Shown: one piece after another, positions 1-10,072 of the stretch
Layout of the letters: each line of letters opens with the position of its first letter
How positions within the stretch are numbered: position 1 is the stretch's first letter
NCBI GenBank assembly: GCA_048885525.1
Contig: JBHLLP010000044.1
Coordinates: 1 to 28,653 of the forward strand
Direction of reading: 5' to 3'
Length of the DNA stretch: 28,653 bases
Source of the DNA: Candidatus Hermodarchaeota archaeon
GTDB lineage: Archaea > Asgardarchaeota > Lokiarchaeia > Sigyniarchaeales > SOKP01
The notes under the pieces: generated by a model
The model's input: the letters and a program-made list of their open reading frames with translations, nothing else
The model's database searches: none
Told to the model about the DNA's origin: nothing
Position numbers and translations under genes: made by a program

Positions 1-171
1 AAAATAACTGAAGGACTTGAAGAATATAAGAGTCGTTATAAATTCAAATTAAAACTCCTAAATCGTAATGTTCCCGTATTCGAAAGTCTAGAATTGACAG
101 GGACTGTTTTAGATAAAATTAATTCTTATAGAGAATTCTTACAAAAGCATGGTAAATATCCAAAAAATTAA
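1..171 (+). CDS. 3' end of a hypothetical protein (5'-truncated by window edge)
   Basis: Frame 1 is open from base 1 to TAA at 169-171: KITEGLEEYKSRYKFKLKLLNRNVPVFESLELTGTVLDKINSYREFLQKHGKYPKN*. It converges on the MttB gene with a 26-nt gap. Not in the ORF track. Confidence 0.7.
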   Translation, partial: KITEGLEEYKSRYKFKLKLLNRNVPVFESLELTGTVLDKINSYREFLQKHGKYPKN

Positions 172-197
172 AATTTTTGCTTGAATTCTAGTTATAC

Positions 198-1643
198 TTA
201 TCTTTGCAGTTCTTTTTTAGCTTCTTGAACTATCTTATTCAGGTCTCCTAAAATATCATTATCGAGTGGTTCTAATTCATAAGATTCCAAGATTTCCTCC
301 TTACGTTCTTTACAAATGATCTCCATACTTTTACTTCCCTTCTCCCTCCAAGGATCATAAATATCTCTATTTAACAAAGAAGGAAACCATAATTCTTTTC
401 TAAAATGCTTACGAGTATGGGATTTTTCTAGAAATGAGCCTTTTGGTCCTACTTCTTGAATAATATCTAAACCAAACGTTTCCGAATCAAATCTTATATT
501 ACGATTAAGACTCTCTACATATGAAATCACCTCTGACTGCATAACAAGCATGTCAAGTGAACTCGCTTGGTCAACTCCCGAAATACCCATGTGTCCAAAA
601 ATGTCAGCTCCTGCAGCAGTCCCCATAGCTAGAGTTAATCCACATTCTAGACCTGCTTGAGCATCAGGTCTCTTTGAATCCGTAAGACCTACATTTAGAT
701 AGACAGGTAAATCATAATATTTTCCCATTTGAGCCAAAGCAACACTGAAAAGTACTTGTTCAGGACCAGAAAAAATTATTTGAACCTTTTTCATGTCAAA
801 GGCATGGCAAATACCACCATAACATACGGGTGTTCCTTCTTTAATAAGCTGAGTAATACATATACCCGCTAAAGTTTCAGCATTTTCCTGTACTAATGTT
901 CCAGCAATTGTAGAAGGTGCGGTTAACCCCATTTGAGCCATTGGACCAATCATTACTGGCATATTGAGTCGAGCAGTTTCGAATAACAGATCAATACCAT
1001 TAAAAGGAAAACTTAGTGGACTTACTGGTTCAAAAAGGGGGAAAAATAAAGGATATTTAATTGCCTCTTTCTCATCTCCTCTCAGAGATATTGCAACTTC
1101 TACTAAAAATTTCGCTGAAGCTCTATTATAAAACCAAAAATGAATTGGTTTAGTAGTATTTTTTATCATTTCAGTAGCTACTTTCACACAGCGCCATTCG
1201 ACTGGAATTTCATGCGGATCAGCCATAGCTCCTGGAATTGTAATTTCATTCAAAGCATCAGAAAATCTCACAGCAGTAGAAATATCATTTAAGGTGGAAT
1301 ACCTTCTTTCATCGCCAGGATTATCAATCCAAAATGCTTGACCAGCAGTTGTATTATAATTTCGTTTCTTGACACCGAATTCAGCCTTTCTTGAAAGATC
1401 CCGACCATATATAGTAAAAATTTTTCCTGCTTTTGAGATGAGTTCATTAACTAAATTTTGAGGTAATTTAACTAATTGGTTCTTAAAATCTACACTTGCA
1501 CCTATATTATCAAAACGTTTTAAAACCTCTTTATGTGGAACATAAATACCAACATCCTCAAGAATTTTAAGTGAATTTTCATGTATCTCATTAATTTCCA
1601 ACCGATCAAGTATTTCTACTTTCATTTGTATCCCTCTTATCAT
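198..1643 (-). CDS. Trimethylamine methyltransferase (MttB) superfamily corrinoid-dependent methyltransferase, non-pyrrolysine type
   Basis: 481 aa with family motifs IHENSLKILEDVG, PVSPL, GLTAPSTIAG..VQENAE.LAG...QL...G.P, TDSK.PDAQAG.E, GP.GSFL...HT. The real start may be ATG 1625, which is preceded by GAGGGA. Confidence 0.92.
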   Translation of the reverse strand: MIRGIQMKVEILDRLEINEIHENSLKILEDVGIYVPHKEVLKRFDNIGASVDFKNQLVKLPQNLVNELISKAGKIFTIYGRDLSRKAEFGVKKRNYNTTAGQAFWIDNPGDERRYSTLNDISTAVRFSDALNEITIPGAMADPHEIPVEWRCVKVATEMIKNTTKPIHFWFYNRASAKFLVEVAISLRGDEKEAIKYPLFFPLFEPVSPLSFPFNGIDLLFETARLNMPVMIGPMAQMGLTAPSTIAGTLVQENAETLAGICITQLIKEGTPVCYGGICHAFDMKKVQIIFSGPEQVLFSVALAQMGKYYDLPVYLNVGLTDSKRPDAQAGLECGLTLAMGTAAGADIFGHMGISGVDQASSLDMLVMQSEVISYVESLNRNIRFDSETFGLDIIQEVGPKGSFLEKSHTRKHFRKELWFPSLLNRDIYDPWREKGSKSMEIICKERKEEILESYELEPLDNDILGDLNKIVQEAKKELQR

Positions 1644-1744
1644 TTAGAGCTATAAGGTATATAAAAAAAATTATATTATGTAGTATAGAATGTAAGTGTA
1701 CTTTAAAAAAATATTGTAAAAAAAAAGATTTTTATTGATTGAGT

Positions 1745-3124
1745 TTAAAATCCCGCTTCTTTCAATTGCCTTTGAATGCCTTGCATTACCTCTGGTGTTA
1801 GTGGATGCTTTAGATGGAATATTAGAACACATATTGCCAAGATGATTGCGGGGATTATACCCATATGTAAACGTATTCCAATCTTAGCTAATTCTGTTTG
1901 AGTAGATGAACCTTCCACATATCCGGTGAGAATATGAACTATTGCAAATATACCAAGCTGAACAGCACGGGATAATCTTGAGAAGAATGCTTGAACTCCA
2001 ACAGCTGTACCTCTTATAGGAGAACGTGTCATGACCATTCTTTCCTGTAAGACCTCTGAAAAATAAATTGTCATAAGAGCCCAAAAGTTTGCCATCATAA
2101 AACCCAAAATCGACATATAGATCATTGAGTCAATTAATCCTGTAAATAATGGCGTAATAAATGCTGATATACATAAAACTATCCCTCCGATCACAGCCGT
2201 TTTCTTGTTATTCTTCGTTCTCTTGGCAAACCAGATCCAAAAAGGTACACCGAAGATTGCAAACTGGAGAAATGGAGCAAATAACAATATCATCCACCAT
2301 TCAGGACCACCTAATAGAAATTCTGCCGCATATGGGACAGTTCCTGTTAAAGAACCTGTTACTATTTGAAATCCAAAGAACAGAATAATATACGTTATAA
2401 AACTCTTTTGCTTAAGAGACAATTTCAATTCCGAGATAAATTGAGGTCGTCTATATTCTCCTATATAATATCGTTCTTTCAACTCAGTATTTTCATACAT
2501 ACCAGGTAGTAGTATAATTACTATTGTTGCCGCAATAGCTACAAATATCCATGCCATGAAAATATATGTAGATGCAACAGCATAAGATATTAACAAAGGT
2601 GGTATAATAGATGCTACCGGTAGTGCTAACATAGATAATGGTGTACCCCACCCTCTTGCTTTTCTCATCGCTTCGCCCGTACGAAATTTATCATAAAAAA
2701 GACTATCAATATTAACAAAAGCGAGTGATGTTAGAGAATCAAATAAACAAGTCATTAAAACTACCCATCCAAAAACAGGTAATGGATTTGTAGCAGCGTT
2801 AGTAACAGGAGGCATAAATAGCAAAGCGAATATAATTGTTGCAGGTATAATACCCATAATTATCCAGGGAAATCGTTTTCCTATTTTTTTTGTGAATTTG
2901 GTATTTCGATCTGTTAAGAAACCTAGGAGTGGGTCGTCTATAGCATCCCATAAGGTGAAAATTAACATTGCAAGGAAGATATAAATTGTTTCCAAACCTA
3001 GAACCCTTTCATAGAAGAAAAATACATATGATCCAAAAACCGTCCATAACATCATACTCCAGAAGCCTGATGAGCTATATGACAAAATATTAAGAATTGA
3101 AGGTGTTTTGTATTCCTCACTCAT
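1745..3124 (-). CDS. MFS transporter, glycoside-pentoside-hexuronide (GPH / MelB-like) cation symporter family
   Basis: About 12 hydrophobic segments; WDAIDDPLLG..TDR.T...GKRFPW N-terminal signature of the MFS_2/GPH family; C-terminal G..Q...A..GIR and P+T motifs. Confidence 0.9.
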   Translation of the reverse strand: MSEEYKTPSILNILSYSSSGFWSMMLWTVFGSYVFFFYERVLGLETIYIFLAMLIFTLWDAIDDPLLGFLTDRNTKFTKKIGKRFPWIIMGIIPATIIFALLFMPPVTNAATNPLPVFGWVVLMTCLFDSLTSLAFVNIDSLFYDKFRTGEAMRKARGWGTPLSMLALPVASIIPPLLISYAVASTYIFMAWIFVAIAATIVIILLPGMYENTELKERYYIGEYRRPQFISELKLSLKQKSFITYIILFFGFQIVTGSLTGTVPYAAEFLLGGPEWWMILLFAPFLQFAIFGVPFWIWFAKRTKNNKKTAVIGGIVLCISAFITPLFTGLIDSMIYMSILGFMMANFWALMTIYFSEVLQERMVMTRSPIRGTAVGVQAFFSRLSRAVQLGIFAIVHILTGYVEGSSTQTELAKIGIRLHMGIIPAIILAICVLIFHLKHPLTPEVMQGIQRQLKEAGF

Positions 3125-3218
3125 TTGCTATCACTTAATTGTTGTTTTTAAATTTAGTATAGGTTTCAATAATAGTTGAATTATGATCTATATAAAGTTT
3201 TAAAAAAGAATATGGTTC

Positions 3219-3228
3219 AAAAAAAAAA
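3219..3228 (-). terminator. Oligo-U (T10) archaeal-type terminator after the PIG-L gene
   Basis: A10 on the + strand directly abuts the stop codon of 3229..4047(-). Confidence 0.55.
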
Positions 3229-4047
3229 TTATAAGATTTTTGGGGGTTCAGGAGGATTTCCTAACATTTCTGACATTTGTTGTTGGAAATTATCGAAATG
3301 CCCTGGTAAGGTTTTCTGGACATAAAAAGCTTCAGCTGCTTTTAAATTGACATTTTTCCCTATTGCAGAGGCTATGGAACGTAGTAGCCTATTAGCATAT
3401 TTGGTAAGTTTTTTCAATTCAGTTGGAGCCACATTTGCGGGATCTATATTAGGGGCAAATAATTGGGCTAACAATTCAAGTGTTGCTTCAAATTTTAAAG
3501 CTGCATCAACTTTTTTTTCAAGAGTAGAGGATATATCAACAAAGTAGTTAGGTGGATGCCCTAGTTGTCCCATTAGCCAAACATCTGAGCATTTATATGG
3601 TTCTATTCCTTCCTTTAACTGATTCGAATATAAAAGAGGAAATGCTGAGAATGCTGCTGCTTCTGCAGCCATTCTTCCTACAACAACATGATCTGGGTGG
3701 ACTTCATAATTTACCCATGGATCAAATGTTACCACCCTATCTGCTCTCAATTTTCTTACATAAAATACTAATTTTTCTCTCAATTCTGGTCCAGATATAA
3801 ATCCAGCATCAGGATAATCTAAAACAATTGTCTCTTCTATACCTATTATCAAATTAGCAGCCATTAATTCTTTCAAACGCATTTCTGCAACGTTTTTTTT
3901 GGTTAAATCTCTTCTTAGTGTGCCCACTTCTCCCTTAGTACAACATAAAGCAAAAATAGAGTGCCCTTCTTCAGCCCATCTAGCTAATGTCCCAGAACAA
4001 TAAAAGGTTGTATCATCTGGGTGAGCAAAAATAGCTAAGATATTCAT
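3229..4047 (-). CDS. PIG-L / LmbE family deacetylase
   Basis: AHPDD and HPDH Zn-binding motifs, T.GE.G, R..E..AA, VDIS....KK..A. ATG 4047 is preferred over TTG 4056 because a TATA box lies 24-31 nt upstream of it. Confidence 0.9.
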   Translation of the reverse strand: MNILAIFAHPDDTTFYCSGTLARWAEEGHSIFALCCTKGEVGTLRRDLTKKNVAEMRLKELMAANLIIGIEETIVLDYPDAGFISGPELREKLVFYVRKLRADRVVTFDPWVNYEVHPDHVVVGRMAAEAAAFSAFPLLYSNQLKEGIEPYKCSDVWLMGQLGHPPNYFVDISSTLEKKVDAALKFEATLELLAQLFAPNIDPANVAPTELKKLTKYANRLLRSIASAIGKNVNLKAAEAFYVQKTLPGHFDNFQQQMSEMLGNPPEPPKIL

Positions 4048-4070
4048 AAAAATCAATATAATTTCATTTA

Positions 4071-4078
4071 ATTTATAA
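4071..4078 (-). promoter_or_regulatory. Putative archaeal TATA box (TTATAAAT), leaderless promoter of the PIG-L gene
   Basis: Located 24-31 nt upstream of ATG 4047, the canonical archaeal spacing. The AT-rich background lowers specificity. Confidence 0.45.
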
Positions 4079-4131
4079 TATTGGAAAATACAAAAAAAAT
4101 TAAAAAAGCAAAAGAAAATTAAATTTTTGAT

Positions 4132-5892
4132 TTATTTAGTTTCTCCATACTTTGCAATCCAAATTGGATCCTTAATTTGTAAAACTCTTCTCTGCACTTT
4201 ACCAACCATAGATTTAGGGATTTCTTCGATAATTTCTATTTGTTTGGGACATTTATAATGAGTTATATTATCTTTGCACCACGCAATTAGCTCATCAGAA
4301 CTGATTTTCCCTTTTGAATCATCATTTAACTGTACCCATGCTTTAACTATTTCACCTGTTTCAGGATCTGGTAAACCAGCAACGGCAACTTCAAGAACAT
4401 CTGGATGAGTTCCTAATAATTCTTCTACTTCCTTTGGAAATACTGAGTAACCCTTATATTTAATCATTTGTTTCTTCCTGTCACGGATAACCATTTGACC
4501 CATCTCGTCCATATAACCAATATCTCCAGTTAGGCACCAAATCCGACCATCCCACTCTCGAAGAGTTTCAGCTGTAGCTTCGGGTCTGTTCAAATATCCT
4601 TTCATTACCTGTGGACCACAAACACAAATTTCACCTGTATAATCAATTCCATAACCTTCCAATGGACCTTTACTAAAGTCTTCAGAGTCAAAAATAGCCC
4701 AATCTACACCAGGATATGGTAATCCAATTGTTCCAGGTGTATCTGTCCCATCAAAAGGTCCTGCGCTTACTGCTGTAGTACATTCTGTAAGACCATAAGC
4801 TTCAACTAATTTTCCTCCGGTTACAGCTTCAAATGTATCCTTTACAGGTTTATGTAATGGTCCTGCACCACTAACGCATAATCTAAACATGTCCTTGAGG
4901 CGTGGTTCAGGATTTTCTTTTAGATAACGAGTTAAACCAATAAAAAGATTTTCGACCCCAGGAATTATAACGCCACCTTCGGGACCAACCTCTAAAATCA
5001 TATCTACAACTTCTTTTAAGTCAAGTTCTCTTTTAGCATAAAGTATGCTAAAATCTCCCCCTTCTATTACTACGTTTTGAACGATTGTCATTCCAAAAGC
5101 GTGAAAAGTTGGTATAATTCCTACACATGCCATTGGATGTTCAGCATCTGGCATCCACATTACATTTTGTTTAGCATTAGTTACACAATTATAATGTGTT
5201 AAAACGGCGGGTTTAGGTACTCCAGTAGTACCACCTGTCATTAAATAAACAGCTGTATCATTTAAGGGATCAATTTCAACCTTAGGAATGTCAATTTCCA
5301 CTCGTTTTTGGCACACATCTAGAAAATTTGTGGCACCTGGAACTTCACCATAAGGAATTGTACCATCTGCGATTAATTGTTCTTTAACAGCAGGAGGAAT
5401 AGCTGCTAAATCAACAATACATGTAGAAATAACAAAATTAAACTTATATTTTTCCTGTATGGGTTTAATAAGACCATACATAACATCCATACATAGAAGT
5501 CCTTTTGGTTTTACTTGTTCGAGAACATGGAGGATTTCTAAAGGTTTGTATGTCGGATTTAGTGGAAGTACAATTCCACCCAATTTAACAGTTGCAAAAT
5601 AACAAATTGTGAATTGAAAGCAGTTTGGTAAAAGTATAGCAACGACATCACCTTTCTTTATTCCCAAGCGGGATAATGACGTAGCAAAAGAATCTGTATA
5701 CTTTCTTAAAACACGATAATTCATGAATGTTTTTGAAAAGTATATTGCTTTGTTTTTAGCAAATTCTTCAGTTTTTTGGTCAAACCAATCTCCTAGGCTA
5801 ATAACTGGAAATTCAGGGTGTTTTGGAACTCCTTTCTGATATTTTTTAAACCAAGGTTTATTATCATCTACATACCATTCGGGTACATTCAT
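4132..5892 (-). CDS. Long-chain fatty acid--CoA ligase (ANL adenylate-forming superfamily, FadD-like)
   Basis: P-loop TGGTTGVPK, YGLTE, GPQVMKGY, TGDIG, DRKK.MI, PKS.VGK motifs. Confidence 0.92.
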   Translation of the reverse strand: MNVPEWYVDDNKPWFKKYQKGVPKHPEFPVISLGDWFDQKTEEFAKNKAIYFSKTFMNYRVLRKYTDSFATSLSRLGIKKGDVVAILLPNCFQFTICYFATVKLGGIVLPLNPTYKPLEILHVLEQVKPKGLLCMDVMYGLIKPIQEKYKFNFVISTCIVDLAAIPPAVKEQLIADGTIPYGEVPGATNFLDVCQKRVEIDIPKVEIDPLNDTAVYLMTGGTTGVPKPAVLTHYNCVTNAKQNVMWMPDAEHPMACVGIIPTFHAFGMTIVQNVVIEGGDFSILYAKRELDLKEVVDMILEVGPEGGVIIPGVENLFIGLTRYLKENPEPRLKDMFRLCVSGAGPLHKPVKDTFEAVTGGKLVEAYGLTECTTAVSAGPFDGTDTPGTIGLPYPGVDWAIFDSEDFSKGPLEGYGIDYTGEICVCGPQVMKGYLNRPEATAETLREWDGRIWCLTGDIGYMDEMGQMVIRDRKKQMIKYKGYSVFPKEVEELLGTHPDVLEVAVAGLPDPETGEIVKAWVQLNDDSKGKISSDELIAWCKDNITHYKCPKQIEIIEEIPKSMVGKVQRRVLQIKDPIWIAKYGETK

Positions 5893-6017
5893 TTTATTTC
5901 CACTTATTTTTTTTTAGATTTACATCCATTTAAAATAATTTGCTGAAATTATTAATAAATGTTTGTGAATCATGTTAAATTCAAAAAATAAAGAAATTCA
6001 TTATGAAAAAGTATTAA

Positions 6018-6818
6018 TTAACTTTTATATTCTATATCTATAGGTCTTCCTGGACTACCTTGATAGTATAATTTCCCTGGTTTACCTCTCCAATTTTTAT
6101 GTAAAACAGTATTTGGATATATTACATTATTATTAGTAGTTAAAGCTCCGCAACCCATTATTGTTCCAGGATAAAAAGTATTATTTTGGCCAATTTTTAT
6201 TTCAATCATTGTAATTTTTCCGAAGATTGTATTTACAGCATGGCTAGAGAGCCCACTGGATGGATAAAAAAAAGAATTGTCACCAATATCAGTAAATTCT
6301 AAGCCCACATATGCATCGTTATAAATAACATTCTTTCCAATTTTGTTATGACTAATTCTACGTAACGTGCGATTAACAAGCCAAGGAAATGGTGATTTTG
6401 ATGTTAACCACATCGGATATTTGATAATAAATCCTCTCTTATGGTAATATTTCATCAATTGTCCTTCCTCACTATTCACATCATCGAGAACACGTCTAAA
6501 TACTCCTTGTTTAGGAGGAGATTTTTTATTCCATCTTCTCGCCCAAAATGCTGTAAATTCTATTAAAATAATAAGATATATATAATAAAGGATTAAAAAT
6601 ACAAAAGGTAACGTGATTAAATGAATTAGGGGGGATACTGGAAAAAGATTTATGAAGCCATATTCAAATAATAAGAATAGACCTAGACAAATATAGAGAG
6701 GTACTAAAAAGCTCAAAAAATTAATTTTAAAAAAATCAATAGCAGGAAGTTCAACTGTTTTTTCTAGTTTTTCCTCGAAACTTGAATTCTCTTCTTTTCC
6801 TTGTATATCAGCTTTCAT
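6018..6818 (-). CDS. Membrane-anchored hexapeptide-repeat (left-handed beta-helix) acyltransferase-like protein
   Basis: Two N-terminal hydrophobic helices, then KIGKNV, DIGDNS, KIGQNN repeats and a terminal YQGSPGRP motif typical of LbH acyltransferases. Confidence 0.7.
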   Translation of the reverse strand: MKADIQGKEENSSFEEKLEKTVELPAIDFFKINFLSFLVPLYICLGLFLLFEYGFINLFPVSPLIHLITLPFVFLILYYIYLIILIEFTAFWARRWNKKSPPKQGVFRRVLDDVNSEEGQLMKYYHKRGFIIKYPMWLTSKSPFPWLVNRTLRRISHNKIGKNVIYNDAYVGLEFTDIGDNSFFYPSSGLSSHAVNTIFGKITMIEIKIGQNNTFYPGTIMGCGALTTNNNVIYPNTVLHKNWRGKPGKLYYQGSPGRPIDIEYKS

Positions 6819-6981
6819 AATAATATATTTGAATATTGGATATAAAAAATTAATTACATATCTAAAAGATAATTCCTATTTTAATTATTTATAGAATAAA
6901 ATCCAAACTTTTTAAGTTAATAATTAATTTGAATTTTCAATTTAGGAGATTTTTCAATTTTATTTTAGTATAGGAATAGAC

Positions 6982-8199
6982 ATGGGAATAACAATCTTTA
7001 AGTATCCTAAGTTATCACCATTATGGATCGCTGTTTTTATTGATATCATTGGATTTTCTATGATACTTCCAATGGCTCCATTTATAGCAGAAAGTTTTTC
7101 CATCCCAATTTTTATAATGGGTATTATACTTTCTATAAACGCGATGTTTTCATTCATATTTGGACCAATCCTAGGAAAACTGAGTGATAAATTTGGGAGA
7201 AGACCATTACTTCTAATTTCACAAGCGGGGACCTTTGCGGGATTTTTAATGCTTGCATTTTCTAATTCAATTTGGTTATTAATAATTTCCAGAATTATTG
7301 ATGGGCTCTTTGGTGGAAATTTTCCTATAGCTAAAGCGATAATTGGTGATGAAGTACCTCCAAAAGATAGGGGTATCCAAATGGCAAATATAGGTGTAGC
7401 TCATGTTTTGGCTTCTCTTATTGGCCCAGGATTAGGAGGAATACTTTTTAGTATTGGAGGTTTATTATACCCTGGATTGTTTGCAGCAGGGCTTTCTTTA
7501 TCCACGATGATAATTACATTTTCTATTTTAAACGAAACTTGGCCTAAAGAAAAACGTGAATTAAATCATGAATTAAAGAAAACTATTGTTATTGACATCA
7601 GAAAAAATAAAGGTGCAATGTGGTATTTGACACTATGGGGTTTTCATACAGCGTCATTCATGATTGCTATGGCATCACTTTCATTTTTTGCACAAATTGT
7701 TTTTGGTTTGGAAGCCTTTGAAATTGGTGTTCTATTAATGATATCAGGTATTTTTCGCGCGGTTGTACGTTTTACTCTATTTAAACCAACAATAATGAAG
7801 ATTGGGGAAAATAATGCAATTAAAGTTGGTTTAGCAATGTTCCTTATTTCTTTCTTTCTTGTGGGGTTTTCTATTAATTTAGTAATGTTTTTTATCTTAA
7901 TAATGTCCATCAGCTTTGCTGCTTCTTTAACTCGTGGACCATTAAATAGTAAGATAAGTCAGTCAGTATCTCCCATGGAACAAGGAAAAATAAATGGTTA
8001 CTCTTCGGGTTTAGACAGTTTTGCTCAAATTATTGGACCCTTACTCGGAACATTCATGCTTAACTTTTTTACTCCCTATTTTCTAAGTTTTCTTATTAGT
8101 TCTGTTGCTTTAGTCCCATTCTTAATGGGTTTCAAAACAATCCAATTAAAGAAATACGATATACCCAGATTAAGTCAAGAAAAGTTAATTAAAGAATAG
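6982..8199 (+). CDS. MFS transporter, DHA1 (TetA-like) drug/H+ antiporter family
   Basis: D..GFSMI.P in TM1, motif A GKLSDKFGRRP, R..DG..GG, GP.LGG motif C; about 12 TM segments. Confidence 0.9.
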   Translation: MGITIFKYPKLSPLWIAVFIDIIGFSMILPMAPFIAESFSIPIFIMGIILSINAMFSFIFGPILGKLSDKFGRRPLLLISQAGTFAGFLMLAFSNSIWLLIISRIIDGLFGGNFPIAKAIIGDEVPPKDRGIQMANIGVAHVLASLIGPGLGGILFSIGGLLYPGLFAAGLSLSTMIITFSILNETWPKEKRELNHELKKTIVIDIRKNKGAMWYLTLWGFHTASFMIAMASLSFFAQIVFGLEAFEIGVLLMISGIFRAVVRFTLFKPTIMKIGENNAIKVGLAMFLISFFLVGFSINLVMFFILIMSISFAASLTRGPLNSKISQSVSPMEQGKINGYSSGLDSFAQIIGPLLGTFMLNFFTPYFLSFLISSVALVPFLMGFKTIQLKKYDIPRLSQEKLIKE

Positions 8200-8321
8200 T
8201 TAATTAACTATTTATTTAAATATTTAAATATATTTTAATAATATTTTTTCAATTTTTATGTAAATAAGAGATTAGAATGAGGAGTATATTCAGTTTATTA
8301 AAATCTTTAAATTAAAATTTC

Positions 8322-8330
8322 TTTTTTTTT
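8322..8330 (+). terminator. Oligo-U (T9) tract downstream of the DHA1 MFS gene
   Basis: T9 run in the convergent intergenic gap. Confidence 0.35.
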
Positions 8331-8344
8331 AAACTAAATCTTCA

Positions 8345-9181
8345 TTAATTTCTTAGAAAATAAACAATAATATTATTGACTTCTGTTGTTCTTGTTTTCG
8401 GAGATTCATGACCCGCTTTTTCAATGATTCTAAGCAAACTATTGGGAATTCTTTTATGCATCTCCTCTGCATTGCTTTTTGAACAAACTCTATCATGGGA
8501 TGCAGCTAATATTAAAGTTTTGCTCTTGATTTCATGTAATTTCTCTAAAGTATTAAATCCCTTTAGTGCTTCTATTTGGAGTTCTATATCTTGGGAAGTT
8601 GGCATAAGAATTGTACTCTCCCTTATCTCGTCTTCAGCTGACCAAATTCCAAAGAATTTCTTCTTAGGATCTGCTTTTAATTCTTTACGATATTTTTGAT
8701 AAAACCAAATACGAGAATTATCCCAAAAAGCTTTCTCTGGGTCTTTTTTAATAAGTTTTAATTGCTCTAGTCTATTTTTTTTCAGTAATTCTAAACCTAC
8801 ATTATCTGGGGCTCCACTTACAGTATTTACTAATATTAACTTATCAACATATTCAGGATGTTGTAGAGCAAACTGCTGAGCTATAATACCTCCCATAGAT
8901 AACCCCAGAACATGTACTTTTTTTATTTCAAGAAAGTTTAATAATCCTTTGATATCATCAGCAAGAGTTTCCATAGTATAAGGTTCTTTAACTCTTTCAG
9001 ATTTTCCAGCCCCTCTGTTATCAAAAGTTATTACTTTGAAATGTTCAGACAACACGGGGATTTGACATTTAAAACCCTCTTTTTTTGCACCAAATCCTTG
9101 AATTAAAATAATGGGATAACCCTCACCAAATACCTCATAGCAGATTTTTATTCCGTTTACTTTAGCAAAAAGTTCTATCAT
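8345..9181 (-). CDS. Alpha/beta hydrolase (paralog A of local family)
   Basis: DNRGAGKS, nucleophile elbow GLSMG, acid HDR, catalytic His AGHE. Confidence 0.92.
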   Translation of the reverse strand: MIELFAKVNGIKICYEVFGEGYPIILIQGFGAKKEGFKCQIPVLSEHFKVITFDNRGAGKSERVKEPYTMETLADDIKGLLNFLEIKKVHVLGLSMGGIIAQQFALQHPEYVDKLILVNTVSGAPDNVGLELLKKNRLEQLKLIKKDPEKAFWDNSRIWFYQKYRKELKADPKKKFFGIWSAEDEIRESTILMPTSQDIELQIEALKGFNTLEKLHEIKSKTLILAASHDRVCSKSNAEEMHKRIPNSLLRIIEKAGHESPKTRTTEVNNIIVYFLRN

Positions 9182-9195
9182 TTAATTCTTGAGGA

Positions 9196-10041
9196 TTAAT
9201 TTTTTAAAAAATTTATAATAGCTTCATTTACTTCTGGTGCTTTTTCTTTTGAGACACCGTGTCTAGCATCCTTTATAACCTTAAAAATACTATTAAGAAT
9301 ATTTTCATGAATCTTTCTTTGTACCGAAAGTGTTGCGATTCGATCTTTCTCTCCGCAGATTAAAAGAGTGGGACTTCTAATTTCATGGAGTCGCTCTGTA
9401 ACATTATGACCATAAACGGCATTTGCAGCATTATTATTATCTTCAAGAGTAGAAGGATTAGTTAAATCAATTTTTACTAAATCTTCTACTGACCATAAAC
9501 CAAAAAATTTTTTCTTTGGATTTTCTTCCATCATCTTAAAAAATTCTCGAGAATAACTTGCTTTTGCTGCTTTTAAAAACGCATTAAGTGGATCATTTTT
9601 TAATTCTTCAAAATAAGTGATTTTTCCCCTACTATACATTTCTGGACCCTGTTCATTAGGGAAACCTGGCCATGAATTTATTAAAATAAATTTATTTACC
9701 CGCTTAGGATATTTTAATATGAAGTTTAAGGCGATCATACCTCCCAATGATTCTCCTAATAAATGGGTTCTCTCTATATTGAGAAATTCCAATAAACCAT
9801 TAATATCCTCAGCGTACATATCCATTGTATAGGGATAATTAGGTCTTGAGCTTTTACCAGCTCCTCTATTATCAAATATTATAACTTTAAAATATTTTGA
9901 TAAAGCACCAACTTGAACAAACCATCCATCTTTTGAACCACCCCAACCATGCACTAGTATGATAGGTTCTCCTTCTCCATGTATTTCATAGCAAATTTTT
10001 ATTCCATTAACTTCAGCATACATTTCTGTCATATACATCAC
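9196..10041 (-). CDS. Alpha/beta hydrolase (paralog B)
   Basis: HGWG, DNRGAGKS, GESLG, KDR, ARHG. The start is probably ATG 10032 (MTEMYAEVNG) by alignment with paralogs. Confidence 0.92.
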   Translation of the reverse strand: MMYMTEMYAEVNGIKICYEIHGEGEPIILVHGWGGSKDGWFVQVGALSKYFKVIIFDNRGAGKSSRPNYPYTMDMYAEDINGLLEFLNIERTHLLGESLGGMIALNFILKYPKRVNKFILINSWPGFPNEQGPEMYSRGKITYFEELKNDPLNAFLKAAKASYSREFFKMMEENPKKKFFGLWSVEDLVKIDLTNPSTLEDNNNAANAVYGHNVTERLHEIRSPTLLICGEKDRIATLSVQRKIHENILNSIFKVIKDARHGVSKEKAPEVNEAIINFLKN

Positions 10042-10072
10042 TTTAGTAGGATAATATTATTAATATTATACT

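Noticed and set aside
8195-8260. AT-only palindromes and short tandem repeats (GTTAATTAAC, TATTTAAA x2) between convergent genes
   Set aside because: Expected by chance in nearly pure A/T sequence; no spacer-repeat periodicity, so not CRISPR or a MITE.
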